Assembly: GCA_026026165.1 (NCBI GenBank)
Contig: JAPEUD010000051.1
Span: forward strand, 1-64,000
Source: Sarea resinae
Lineage: Eukaryota
Length of the DNA stretch: 64,000 bases
Direction: 5' to 3'
The position numbers and the translations under genes are program-made. Position 1 is the first letter of the stretch, and the number at the start of each line of letters is the position of its first letter. Under the pieces are notes generated by a model that saw only the letters and a program-made list of their open reading frames with translations, had not been told where the DNA came from and made no database searches. Shown here one piece after another: positions 12,701-28,448 of the stretch.

Positions 12701-15700
12701 CCAGCAGCTGCACCATCGTTTCAAAACCGGGACCAACGAGTACATCTTAGAGAAAAGACCCGAAGGGCCCAAGAAATTACCTAAAATTTCTTTACGCAGT
12801 AAAATGCTTTTGTTCGCCATTGAAGACGGCGCATTCGAGTGGAAGCTTGGAACAATATATCGCATGGGTCTGATCGAGCAAAAACAAAGATTAGCTCGGG
12901 AGGAAGCATTCAAAGCAAAGGTCAAAAAGCTCCATGAGCTTGATCGACAGAGAAGCTCTTCCCGTTATCGCGCTCGTTCAGCCCATAGCAAAGCGGATGA
13001 GAAAGCCCAAGCACGAAAAGCAAACCTTGCGAGAAAAAGAAGCAGCAGTAATGAAGAGCGGGGACGCAAAAGATCATCTTCACGTCCCACTGGTCGAGCT
13101 AGGAGAATGCGTTATAATCCAGAGGGTATTTGTGGAATGACTGGTCCATGCAAAATATCCGCCGATGAAGCCTGGTATCGTTTGCAGGAGCACAATGCGA
13201 AGAGCTGGAAAAAGAGAATCGACTCGGGACTGTGTTTCCAGAAACGAGGCATGGCAAGTATCCGTGAGATGTTCTGGGGTTTGAATCGCCTACCAGATGA
13301 CGTCGGCGAGACTGAGACGATATTTGGAACGCCGGATCGGCCTGCTCTTATGACTACTCTTATCAGTGATGTCCATGTCGTCATCGACAAGCCGTCATTC
13401 CCACTGAAGGATTATTCCCGATTCTTGCATGACATTGGCAAAGGCATGCCTTACGACATGGAATACACTCTCCTTATTCCTATGAATATCCAGGTCGACT
13501 TCGCCGAGGCTCGCTTGACCATGCGAGATTATCCGTTGCCCCTCCTCCACGTACCCGCTATCCAGAATGGACAGTCGGCTCGAATTCCAAGTTGGTCACT
13601 AAAGACGGACTTTGTGGTAGCAGAAGAGTTCCGCGATTCAGAATCCACACGCCATGTAAAGGTCGACATCGTCCCGTCCGGAGCTACTCAGGCCGATGGT
13701 AAAAATGGCGGCTTTGCTATCGACGTTCGTCGAACAGTATCACCAGTGAAGACGTTTTCCAATGTCAACATCGACATCAACACTAGCTCCGCGACTAAAA
13801 TCACTTGGGGTACCTCGTATCAACCTGCGATTCAAGATATGATGCTAGTGTTTGAGAATTTTACCAAGCCACAAGTAGATCCCTCCGACAGAGTTGGCTT
13901 TTGGGACAAAATTCGATTAAATACTCATTCTCGCGTTCAAGTCAACTGGAAAGGTGACGGTGATGTCCACCTACTTTTGAAGGGTGAGTAATTCTGCTAT
14001 AGGACGCAATATTCATTCGCTAACCCGCAAAGGCTCTCGCGATCCTTATGTTGTTACAGGTCACGGCGCTGGCTTTGTCATGTGTTGGCGAAGCAATGTG
14101 CGATTCAGCCTCAACCAAGACAAAGATCCAAAGAAATTCATGAGCGTCGAAAGCGGAGAATATGTTCTAGCTATCCCCGACTTTAGTCATCATGCACGAC
14201 ATTCACCGGATACTTCGAGTACAGACAAGGGTAGCATTTCTACGAGCAGCACTCTATCAAACGGAGCGATATTCAAGAAGGTAGTGATGAAACTCTCAGG
14301 TGATGTACGATGGTTGGCAGGCCTAGTATTTGAGAGAGACCTTGACAAGGGGGGTCGCTCGTTCGACTTCAAGCCACATTATAATGTAGTGCTGAAAAAT
14401 CCAGACCATGCTAAAGCTCCAAATGGAATGGTAAATACACCATCTATCTCATTTGCGTTTTTACTGACCTGTTTGTATAGGACTATGATGCCTTCAGAGG
14501 ATTTCGAAGTCATCATATACACCTCTCAATTGCCATCGTTGCGCCCGTGAATCGGGACTGGTCTGTGACGAATCTGAAACCTTCTTCAAGTTACAACTCG
14601 GTTCATCTAACCCCCCGTTTCTTCACACATTTTTTCGATTGGTGGTCGTTATTCTCTGGGGTTATGTCGTTGCCAATACGCCAAGGGACGCTCTGGCCTG
14701 GTGTTGACAAATCGAGCAAAAAGTTTGGACGCCATCTCGCAACGATCAAGTACAATCTTCTTCTCTCCCCTCTGTATATGAGCCATATCTACAAGCACAA
14801 AGATGCGGAAGATTACGCTGAGGATGTCGTTTCCGCGACCGGGTTAAAGCTCAAACTTGATAGCTTCATGCTCGATCTGCATCAGCGTCGGGAGCAATTC
14901 GATACTCAGACTAAAGGACGTGGTAGGCAATCGCGGACCAGTGGCATGCGCATAAATGAAGTGCAATTGGACTTTATCTCTGCCGATATTAGAGCAGTGT
15001 CTGCTAGTATATCGGGCACTGCCGCCGAAGACCTTCAGCGAGCGACCGAAGAGACTTTAGCATCATACCAGCAAATAGTTCCTTCCGTGGACATGTCTCG
15101 CTTTACGATACCAGACAACGACTTCTCATGGATCGACATGGATGATTTTGTTGAGCTAGATTGGATTCTACCAGCCGAGTCCAATCCGGATACCAAGATC
15201 ATGCCTCTTGGCTATGCCCCCCGTTTTACCTACTTTCGGCAGACTGATCATGGAAACTCAATTTCGGGCGATCCGAACCGCTCAAGCGACTTTGGCCATG
15301 AGCCGACACACTTTTGTGTCATGTCACAGGACAATGACCCTCGCAGAGTACAGCGAGACCTTGTCCAAGAACGACTTGAAAGGCTTGAACATCAGATCGC
15401 ACAGCATTTGAAGTCTGTGGGAGATCAAGAATTGAAAATACTTCAGGATGTGAATGATGACGTTCATCTCAAAGAGCAGTTGGATGAGCTGAACGAGCAT
15501 AGTCTTTCCCTTCACTTTAAAAAGGAGTCCCTGCAAGAAATGCTCGAGCGGTTGGATCATCGGCTACAGATGGATGAAGGTGGTGCAGTACCCAGTTCTG
15601 GAGAGAATTCTCCCCAGAGCGCCAGCAGTGAAGAGCCCAAAGACAGCCAATCTGATCCCGAGGTTGAACAGATGGATTCGACCCCTCTTGCCGAATTCGT

Positions 15701-18700
15701 GAACGACTTTAACAACCGCTTTATCATTCATAATACGCAACTCAAGTGGAACAACTCTCTACGGAATATTCTCCTGCGTTATGTACATCAGATCAGCCAA
15801 AGGCGAGGTTTCATCTACTACATGTCTCGACGAGCAGTCAAATTCATCCTGGATATTGTCGAAGAACAAAGCAAGACCAAAGAACATAAGCCAGACAAGT
15901 CAGCTTCAAAACCTCCACCTTCCGCGACTCCACCTCCGCCGCCTGCGCCTGACAAGGACGACTTGAGTGTGGAAGATCGTATAAAGCAGCTCCTTGAGGA
16001 TGGCAAGAAATTTGTCAGCGCGAATGATCCGTCTAATACCGAGGGTGTTGACCAACTTCCGACCGATTCTGATCTTGGGGAAAACATTGCTGCGGACTTT
16101 ACCCCGCAGAATAGTTACTATGTCCGTCTTATTGCTCCTCAAATTCAACTGCAAAGCGAAAAGAACCCCAAGGCAGCTGTCCTCTTCACTGCCAAAGGCA
16201 TGCAGCTCAAGGTAGTCCAGATCATGGATAAGAACAGAGTGTCAGACGACGTCAGTGGTCTTGTCCAGCGTCGTTTCTCTGCAGAGATGGACGGGGTCCA
16301 ATTTTTTGTCGCAAATCAGCAGACTCTCTCTACTCGGTTCCTGCACATGTACTCTGGCAACCGTTACGGGGCTCCAGCTGGTTCTTCATGGCCACCTTGG
16401 GTTCCATTAGAAGTTATGTTTGACTACGAGTCCGACACTTATGGGTTCTCGAGGGTGGTGCAGAGAACTTCGGCCAGTTTGAGATACGACAAGTACAATA
16501 CTTTACGTCTCAAATACAACGACGAAGTTTCCAACGACGGAGTCCACCACACAAAGTCTCCTGAAAATGCCGAGGCCCGGATTGATCATCTGCGCGTCGA
16601 CTTTCCTCGAGTCAGAGCTATCTGCGACTCCTCTCAGTACTACGCCATCTATCTGATTGTCCTGGACTTGCTCCTCTACAGTGAACCTCTCGAGAAAGTC
16701 CGCAGCGAGAAGCTCGAAAAAATCATGCTAGCATCCGACTTTAGTGATCTTAGAGGTGCCCCAGAAATGATCATCCGTCTGCAAGACAGAATAAGACAGC
16801 TCGAGGAGATAAAACTGCATTTCCAGATATATGCTCGATACCTCGATGTCCAGGGATGGGAAGATCGCATCGCCATTGAGAAAGACCTGGCTCTTTGTGA
16901 AGATGAACTCTTCTTCATGATGAAGGCCATTACAACCTCTCAACGCAGAATTGAGGGAAATTCGCAGGCCGTGCAGACGAACGGTTTATTACGCTGGAAC
17001 CTCTCAGCCTCCGAAATTGTATGGCACTTGATGCGCGAGTCAAGCGATCCCCTCATGGAATTTCAATTGAAGAATGCAGCATTTGAGCGAACGGACAATA
17101 GCGACGGATCAAATTTCAACTCGGTAGAGATTGAAAAGATCTATGGCTTGAATCTACTCAAGGATGCAATATACCCGGAGATGATTGCTATTTACAACGA
17201 CGAGACGAGGCCATCGACAGAGACTCGAAACAAAGAGATGCTCAGAGTGTACTGGTATATGCTCGAGGCCATCGCTGGTATACCAGTCATGGATCAATTC
17301 GAGGTCAATCTTCATCCGCTGAAAATTCAGCTTGAGCGCGAGGTAGGGAAAAAACTGTTCGAGTATATCTTTCCTGGAACCGGCGGTAATGCTTTTGAGA
17401 ATGGGAGCTTTTCGCCTTTTGCGGTCAAGAATCTGGAAACTGTCAATGACGAGGACGAAGACGAAGATGCGCAAAAAGACCAACAAGCAGGCCAAGCTAA
17501 AGAACCAGCTGAAAGTTTTCTTTCCACGGATACCGTGGAACAGAACAATCACCTCAACAATCTCATGTTAAGACTCAAGCCTACTTTAACGCTACCTGAC
17601 AAGCGTGAATTTCCTCTTTCAAAATCAAAGGCCCCCAGCCTTCACCATAATCAAAATGGCGATTCTCCTCACCGTTTCCGGCTTTTTCAACATTCTAACA
17701 GCTCCCGCAATTTCGCTAGACCAGGCTCCACGGAGCCAATAAAAGATTCTGATAGTATTCGGGGACTGGGTCGAGCTGGGACCAATTTCTCCACCAACTC
17801 TAATACCAGTGGAGAGAGGCCTAAAAGATTTCTCATCCGCCGGTCATCAAGTAAACAGGACAAACCATCTGACGATCTGACTCAAATGATGTCCAGGGCC
17901 TCCAATTACTCCACACTGGCATATGTCAAGATTTCCAGCGTCGTACTTTGTTTGAGCTATAAGGGCCGTGGCGATCACAATATCGAAGACGTTCATGACT
18001 TTGTCTTCCGCATCCCCGTCTTAGAGTATCGCAACAAGACTTGGTCGAACCTGGATCTCGCCCTGCATCTAAAGCGAGATGTTATCAAAGCATTGATTTC
18101 TCACACTGGTGCCATCATCGGCAACAAACTCTCTCATCATCGCCCGAACAAGCAACAACAGAGTCGACTGCGTGAATTAGCCAGCTCTTCTATCATGCTT
18201 TCCAGCCCTGCTTCTCAGCGCAGTAGTGAGACAAGCAGCCTAAGAGACCGCAGCATAACCAACGGTCGCTACTCGCCCAACAGCCTCCAGTCACCCGATG
18301 GTCGCCAATCACCTGACGGCCGTAGATCCAACGGGATATCTGGTGGTTCCAATCGACCTAGTACACTCAATCGTACCGTCTCGTGGGCTTCGAGTGTAAG
18401 TGTATCGACAGGTGGAGGCAGCGCTTCCCGGTCTGAAGTTCCATCAACAGCGGATTCTGTGCCCGAAGAAGATGACGAGGATGACGAGGATGACGATGAC
18501 GAGGATGATGATGATGACGTAAGTTTTTCCTGCATCTACTCTTGAACGCGTTCACTGATTCCGATAGGATGATCAGGAGGTTAGACCGGGCAATGGCTTC
18601 CACCGTCGTGTCACAGCCATCGATCACAGAAGTCAAAGTAAGGAGGGGGCATCGGATCACTCGGAAGAGAGGTTAGCATCCATCGTTACCCTGACTTGAC

Positions 18701-18802
18701 TATCAGAAACTCATACGTGAAATGGATGATAGCAAACATGGACGAAAGAAAAGGCTATTGCTTGGTGGCAAGAAAATCCTCAACACCCTCAAGGACAATT
18801 AG
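9744..18802 (+). CDS. FMP27: FMP27/Hobbit (BLTP2) bridge-like lipid transfer protein, ~2900 aa, 5 exons
   Basis: N-terminal TM anchor; Fmp27 signature motifs SWKKRI, VGFWDKIRL, SSWPPWVP; Apt1-like C-terminal region (LEYRNKTWSNLDLALHLKRD); introns ~13985-14031, 14431-14480, 18519-18567, ~18672-18732; last exon ends KILNTLKDN TAG. Confidence 0.95.
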
Positions 18803-19511
18803 TCGGTCCAGACCTTCCAGAAGCCCAACTCATCCTCCACTCTCCTCCTAATGTGCAAAATCTCTCACTTCTGGACGACAATGTCATATTCTTCTAGATT
18901 CTCGACCTGTCGCCTCTCATTCATGATCTCTTTCTCCGCTGTTCTAATACCCAATACACAACGCCACCACGTACATTTCCTTCGGTCTTCACGTTGGGAG
19001 GTGTTATCTTGGAAGGATCTTTTGGATTCCGCGAGCATAGCATTGGCGAGGCGTTCTATCTTGATCTTCCTTGTGGAGGTTCCGTCCACCCCAACCTCCA
19101 TCATTGTGTCATTCATCCAAAGCGTACACTTACTCGCTCTTTCATTCCATTTTTCTTACCCGATGTAAGTATGTTTGGATGACTTGGCCTGACCTGGTCT
19201 GGCCCGGCTGGCAAAGCAGTCTCTTCTTGTATACTACCATAATGATCCACCCTGTCACAGACAATCGACGGCCTTCTCTCCGTTTGACTTGATATCCATG
19301 GATTACTGACGGTAAGCTGGAACGTAGTAGAGATTATTCACGTTGGCAAGGTACTTTGTACTAGGTAGCTTCACCGCCTGACGGCCAGCTACAATGTATT
19401 TGTGTACGGTCGTATATGTACCGATCCACTCCGTCACCTCGATCTCTCTATCCTCAGCTCAATATTGATGTCCAAGTCCTCTCTTACCAGCATCCTGCAA
19501 CCACGGTCAAG

Positions 19512-20753
19512 ATGGACTCTGCCATGAAGAATTGGGGTAAGAGTAGAATCTTCTTCCTCCACCCTCCCCCCACTACAAAAGCCCCTCCTACATCCTACGT
19601 CCGATATCCTGTATCCCCCCACTCACCACCAAACTGACCTTATCGATAACTCCAAACAGAGCTCGACAACTCCGTCCAAATTGTCGACCCCTCCCGTGAC
19701 GCCCTGTATACCTACTCCTCCAGTCAACAGAAGGAGATCCAGGCAGCTAAACCATGGAAGAAAGACCCGCACCACTTTCGAAAAGTGCGCATCTCGGCCG
19801 TGGCGCTGCTGAAGATGGTCATGCACGCTCGATCAGGCGGATCGCTGGAAGTCATGGGATTGATGCAGGGCCAGATCGCCGGCGATACCTTCATCGTCAC
19901 CGACGCCTTCCGGCTGCCTGTCGAGGGCACCGAGACCAGGGTCAATGCCCAGGACGAGGCCAACGAGTACATGGTCTCCTACCTACAGTCGTGCCGTGAT
20001 GCGGGCCAGCTGGAGAACGCAGTCGGTTGGTATCACAGCCATCCCGGCTACGGCTGCTGGCTGAGCGGCATCGACGTCGGCACGCAGATGACGCAGCAGA
20101 CGTTCCAGGACCCCTTCCTCGCCGTCGTCATCGATCCCGATCGTACCATCAGCGCCGGCAAGGTCGAGATCGGCGCGTTCCGAACCTTTCCCGAAGGCTA
20201 CACGCCCGAGACCGCCAAGGGCACGAGCAGAGGCACCGACGATGACGGATACCAGTCTATCCCGCTGGCCAAGATCGAGGACTTTGGCGCCCATAGCAGC
20301 AAATACTATTCGCTCGAGATCTCGCACTTCAAGTCGACGCTCGACACCCATCTGCTGTCCTTGCTCTGGAATAAATACTGGGTCGAGACGCTCTCGCAGT
20401 CGCCGCTTTTCACCAACCGCGACTACGTCAGCAAGCAGATTGTAGATCTCAGTCTGAAGATCCGCCAGGCCGAGGCGAATGTGGCGGCAGGTTCGAGGGG
20501 AGGCGGGCAGCTGGGGCCCAGGAGTATCGGGGGCCGGGATACATTGTTGGAGAAGGTGGTCAGAGATGGAGGGAAGGTGGCTGGAGAAGAGGTGATTGGG
20601 CTCGTGGCCGGATTGATCAAGGAGCGGCTGTTCAATGGCGTTGGAGCTGGATCTGGTTGTGGCGGGCATAGCAGGGCTGGTGGCGATAGCGGTGCAGCAA
20701 CGGGTACGGCAGCTGGCGCTTCTCCTACTGCAGTACAAGAGACACAGGCTTGA
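19512..20753 (+). CDS. CSN5: COP9 signalosome subunit 5 (JAMM/MPN+ deneddylase), 2 exons
   Basis: [39 protein letters not shown] motif [31 protein letters not shown]. In-frame upstream ATG at 19416 also possible. Confidence 0.96.
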
Positions 20754-20864
20754 GAATGGAGGTTTTTCAGCACCGCGAGGGATGTGTTTATTAATCTTCT
20801 TGAGTGTGAATAGGACAGTCTTCACGCTTCAAGGTACCCCGGGAGAAAAGGCGTCAGGCGCAGG

Positions 20865-21019
<155 letters not shown>

Positions 21020-21054
21020 CTTCTAAATCTACAATATCATTACATGTGAAGGAC

Positions 21055-21085
<31 letters not shown>

Positions 21086-21165
21086 ACCCACTTCGTCCCC
21101 CTCTATATATCTACACAGACAACCAGCAGCATATCAGCACGGGCCACCCATCCTTTCAAGCCCTC

Positions 21166-23414
<2,249 letters not shown>

Positions 23415-23728
23415 TCACTCGTGAGTGCGCAAGATCAAGAGCTCTGACACAAGAATGTCGAGAGGCCTGGAACGAAGGCTAAACGCTTCACGCGCTTGGT
23501 CCGAGCGCCTAAGTTTTGGATGGAGCTAGGCCGAATACTTGCACTACCATGACCGGCAATAACGTTACCAAGCAGCAATCAGTGATCTTGCCCTTCGACA
23601 GACCAACTCCTCCACTTTCCGCTCTGAATTCTTCGGATAGCAGAGCTTTCGTGATAGAATTTCTACACCTCTTAGCTGACTGTGCATGCTGCGGCCGCAG
23701 TCCGGAAGTGCATACTTGATCAATTAAA

Positions 23729-25296
23729 AGTGAGCGCACTAGCCTGCCTAAGAAATGGATGGCTTGCTAACGAAACGCATCTGCAGTGGACGGATCAACC
23801 GAGGAGATAGATCTCTATGGTAAGGGAACCAGTGTCGAGACTTGAGGACGGATTGCTAAGTAATACAGAGATCCTCGGCGTCGAACGGGGCGCAAGCAAG
23901 ACGGAGATTAAGAAGGCCTACCACAAGGTTTGCCAAACCACCCCCAAACATGTATATTCATCATCTTATGTGAAACAGGCGGCCCTTTCGAGTCACCCGG
24001 ACAAAGTCAGCGAACATGAGCGCGAGGAGTCCGAGGTACGGTTCAAAGCCGTGAGCCAAGCCTACGAGATCCTATTCGATGAAGAGAAGAGACATCTCTA
24101 CGATACTCATGGGATGTCTGCGTTTGAATCTGGAAGAGGTAGTGGGATGGGCGCGGAGGTCGACTTGGACGATATTCTACAGCAGATGTTCGGGATGGGA
24201 GGAGGAATGGGCGGCATGGGCGGGATGCCCGGAATGGGTGGGATGCCAGGCATGGGAGGCGCCGCACCCAGGCGTCCAAGGAAAGGTCGCAGTGAAGAGC
24301 AAAAGTATGAGGTCACATTGGAGGAACTTTACAAGGGCAAGACTGTGAAATTTGCAAGCACAAAGAACGTGATTTGCAGTCACTGTAAAGGCAGTGGTGG
24401 GAAAGATAAGGCGAAGCCAAAACAATGCGCTTCTTGTCAAGGCCAAGGTATGTGGGCTTCGCATTGTTCCGTCGTTGGATTTACTAACGCGTCATGTTTG
24501 CGAAGGCTTCAAGCAAGGCTTACGGCAAATCGGTCCCGGCCTTGTTACGCAAGAGACGGTTACATGCCAGAGCTGTAAAGGAGTCGGACATTTGTTCAAA
24601 GAAAAGGAGCGATGCAAGAAATGCAAAGGAGAGCGCGTTACCGAAGAGAGAAAGGTTCTGGAGCTTTATATTCCTCGCGGTTCTAGGTAATATCTTCTCT
24701 ATACCTTTGGAATTTAACTAATTGGAAGCAGAGAGGGTGATCGAATAGTCCTTGAAGGAGAAGCAGACCAGGTACCAGACCAGGAACCTGGTGACATTAT
24801 CTTCCACCTCGTCGAGATCGAACACAACGTGTTTCAGCGGGCGGGTGCTGATTTGCAGGCCAAGCTGGAAATCACCCTTGCAGAATCTCTGTGCGGCTTC
24901 AACCGAGTCGTATTAAAACATCTCGATGGGCGCGGAATCCAGATACACCAGCGTCAGCCAAAGGGTCGGATCCTCAAACCTGGCCAGGTCATAAAGGTAC
25001 CTGGAGAAGGAATGTACCACAAGAAGAGCGACCACAGGGGTGACCTATATCTTGTTGTTGATGTTCAATTCCCCGAGGATGGTTGGCTCAAAGACGAAGC
25101 GACACTCAGCAAGCTACAGGATCTCTTGCCCAAACCTGCGGGCCCGATTGCCGTTGAGACTGTCGACGAGGTCGAGTATGATGAGAAAGCGAATCTGAAT
25201 GACTTTGGGTCTGGCTCTGATGATCCTCGGGCCAATGAGTGGGAAGATGACGATGATGATGCAGCGGAAGGACAAGCTCAGTGTGCTCAACAATAG
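23729..25296 (+). CDS. Type I DnaJ/Hsp40 co-chaperone (Xdj1/Ydj1-like) with CaaX box
   Basis: J domain (DLYEILGV..KKAYHK AALSSHPDK), G/F-GM region, four CxxCxGxG zinc motifs, PGDIIF, GEGM, C-terminal CAQQ; start codon apparently split A|TG by intron 23730-23786. Confidence 0.93.
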
Positions 25297-25642
25297 TCAT
25301 AGTCATGCTCATATGGATACGCAATAGTCTTGATTTAGGGTCTACTGACTGAGGTCTTTGGCGTCGCATTACGGTTGACTTGTAACATAAGAACAGAACT
25401 AGGCTATGGGCTGTAACCAAGAGAATCGCCATGGATTGCTTGCCCTGACATACGGATATAGCATGTTTGGGTGCCTCTGTCAGATGGACACTCGTACATA
25501 AAGCGGTGAATTCCGTGCAGCCTGAGATTAGATTGTCGCAGGGTAACGCCTCAGTGATTCGAGGAGCACCTGTGAGCCCTCGGCCGCAAATTGAAGTACC
25601 TCAATTCTCGTACATGGATGGTACCCTCTCACGAAAAGTGAC

Positions 25643-25659
25643 AGGGCTTCGAGCCCTAA
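25643..25659. promoter_or_regulatory. Inverted AGGGCT-N3-AGCCCTAA, Tbf1-like ribosomal-protein promoter element
   Basis: Inverted repeat ~190 nt upstream of RPL32 ATG; resembles the palindromic TTAGGGC/GCCCTAA element of fungal RP promoters. Confidence 0.5.
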
Positions 25660-25843
25660 TTTCTCTTTCGCTTAGTCCTTAGCCATCACCACTATACGCC
25701 GCGATCGCGAAATCTCGAAGACGAAAGACGACAACGACCGAATTTCGACGACAATACCGACAAAGTGAGCAACCCTTTTTGATGAATCTCCTGGCGACAC
25801 TGTCAGTTTGATCTGGAGGACGCTGACAAAATAATCCGAACAG

Positions 25844-26573
25844 ATGGTCGCCGCAAAGAAGCACATTCCGATCGTCAAGAAGCGTATGTTATCCCAAGGC
25901 GTTTTCTCTACATCATTTCACGAATACGCTTCGCAACGCCCTCACACTCGACTACACACTGTATCTTTGGGACCTCGAATTCGGAAACTGATGGGTCGTT
26001 TTGACAGGGACCAACCGTTTCAATCGCCACCAGAGCGATCGCTTCAAATGCGTCGACCCCAGCTGGAGGAAGCCCAAGGGTATCGACAACCGAGTGAGGA
26101 GACGGTTTAAGGGTCAAGCTGCGATGCCATCGGTACGTTATTTCAACGCGGATTTTGCTAGGAGAGGGATGTGGTCGATGGACACGGTTTAGCAGAGGGA
26201 GAGGTGGCAGTTGTGGCTACAAACATGCTCGACGGATTGGGAGGCGTCGCCACAGGGGGCCAGCTTGCTGATTCGTATTGAATTCATCTAGATCGGCTAT
26301 GGCTCTAACAAGAAGACCCGCCACCTGATGCCCTCCGGCCACAAGGCCTTCCTCGTCAACAACACCCGGGATGTTGACATTCTTCTGATGCACAACAAGA
26401 CCTTCGCCGCTGAGTATGTTACTATCGGCCACCGCCATCCAATGGATAGCTGACGATTTTCTAGGATCGCACACGCCGTCTCGTCGCGAAAGAGAGTTGA
26501 GATCATTGCTCGGGCGAAGCAACTGGGTGTCAAGGTTACGAATCCCAAGGCGAAGGTTACGACGGAGGTTTAG
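25844..26573 (+). CDS. RPL32: 60S ribosomal protein L32 (eL32), 4 coding exons plus a 5'UTR intron ending directly before the ATG
   Basis: [49 protein letters not shown]..|[22 protein letters not shown]..|[18 protein letters not shown]. Confidence 0.98.
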
Positions 26574-28448
26574 ATGGTTGATCTCTCAGGCCGGTTTCGT
26601 GGTGTTTGAGCTTGCGTTTACCGAAGTGCGGAGCCGATCGACATAATTGTACGAGAGCTTCTGCGACAGAAATACAGGTCTCTTCAATGACATGGATGTG
26701 AATCATGCAATTGTGATCGGATGAATGGTGAAGGCTGGGAAGCGTAGTGGGCTCTCAGCTGCCAAGCATCTGCAGTGCATTCGAGGCGTCCATCGTTTAC
26801 GTATTGCGTGCTCCTGAACGGGAGACACTGGAGCGTATATCTAAGCGCAACGCATTACTCCGGAGTACCATTGGCCATAAGGTAGAGGCACGGCCCCCTC
26901 GAAAGCTTATCAGAGGACATGCGCGCGAGAGGACCGCTCGACCGCCCCAGCTGTACACGCTCAGGGCAGCTGGAGGAGCCAGTGATTCCGCACTGAAGGT
27001 TGGCGAGTATGGTCGATGCGTGCCTGGACCGGAATACCCTGCTCGAACTCCCACTACATAGTACTGCGCAGTCGAAGTATCTATTCCGTACAAGCCGGAC
27101 AGACCAGTGGAAGGCCTTATCAATCCTGCCAGCTCAGCGGGACCGCGTTCTACGCAGTACGTACAGTAAGATCATGCCCAATGATGCTGGGCCTGTAGTA
27201 AGAGAAGAGCCATGGAATTCCGGTGCGCAGATCGTCTCCGGAAATTACGACCAGAGCACGACGAAGACAAGGGCCCGGTGCGTCGTAGGTGTGAGCCCGA
27301 GCACTATGGAAGAAGACTCATCGTCTCATCATCGATGCCAAGGAGAGGGTGCGGCACCGACACAGCACCAAGCTGGAAGCAACCATTGCGTTCCTTGGCG
27401 CCGTTTGGCCATGTTCCCATGTCCCCATGTCCCGCCGCCATGGGCAAATCTGGTGCATGCAATCTCTGTGGTACGCGACCTATATGTAGAGTACGTAGGT
27501 AGTATGGATTGTCGAGGGGAGGGCGGCACTGCAGCTCCATGCAGCTCCGTCAATGGGCAATGGGCATCATTGATCTATGGATCCTCTGGATACTACATAC
27601 ATAGCTCCATCCTCACTTATCTCACTTGTATCGCATCATGATCATCTCGTCGTCTTCCACATAGGTGCTCTCCCCATCTACACCGCCGAGTTGGCGAGAT
27701 GATGACCCCATGGCATCCCTTGGGTTGCAGCCCAGCAACCTACCTACCTGGCCAACCCGGTGCCTGCTGGAAGGGAAGATTCGGATCCCCTCGATCCCCG
27801 GTCTGTCCGGCGGCTTCGAAAAATCCCTCGACGCGAAGACACTCGAGCTCGAGTACACACGTTGGGTGACGGACAGATGTGAGTGGCCGACAGGGTGGAT
27901 CTTAGCCTAGACCCCCCGACGTACGAAGGCGAGGATGTGCGTGCTCTGCTCGCTGCACACAATCTGCGGTGTGTCGGCGGCGAGACGGTGCTGAGTACGG
28001 AGAACCTACCGGTCTCATGGCAGTATTGTCTCTCTGGTGTGGTGTTGATCCAGATACTTCTCACGACATGTACTCGAGCTGTCGTGAGCACCCTTGGGCC
28101 ACTTTCGGCCTCCATCTGTGCTAGTTCATCGGCACCGGGTAGGCTAAACAGATTGCCGGGAACGAGGGACACGCGCGCATGTTACGGAACACTCACCCTA
28201 CGCAGTACCTCCCGGCCTGGTCAAGTCTCGTTATCTTAAAATTTTCGGGCACTTTCTTGTGTCGTAGTCTGCTCGAGACAACATTCAACAACACGCCCAA
28301 CACAGCTTAGTACTTTGCTTTACTTCAAGATGTCGTCGTTGCCAGCTCTGCCTCCTCATATGGCCGCCCTTTATTTCCCGTCTGCTTTTTCTCTCGTTCT
28401 CCTTCAATAATCTTTTTGGGCATCAGCTGATTGTTTGTTTGCTGCGAT

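Noticed and set aside
18865..19116. 83-aa minus-strand ORF between FMP27 and CSN5
   Set aside because: Lies in the likely FMP27 3'UTR on the antisense strand, with no recognisable motif; cannot be supported
25779..25826. TGATGA...CTGA in the RPL32 5'UTR intron as a box C/D snoRNA
   Set aside because: Only ~48 nt, no terminal stem, and the CTGA is the branch-point CTGAC
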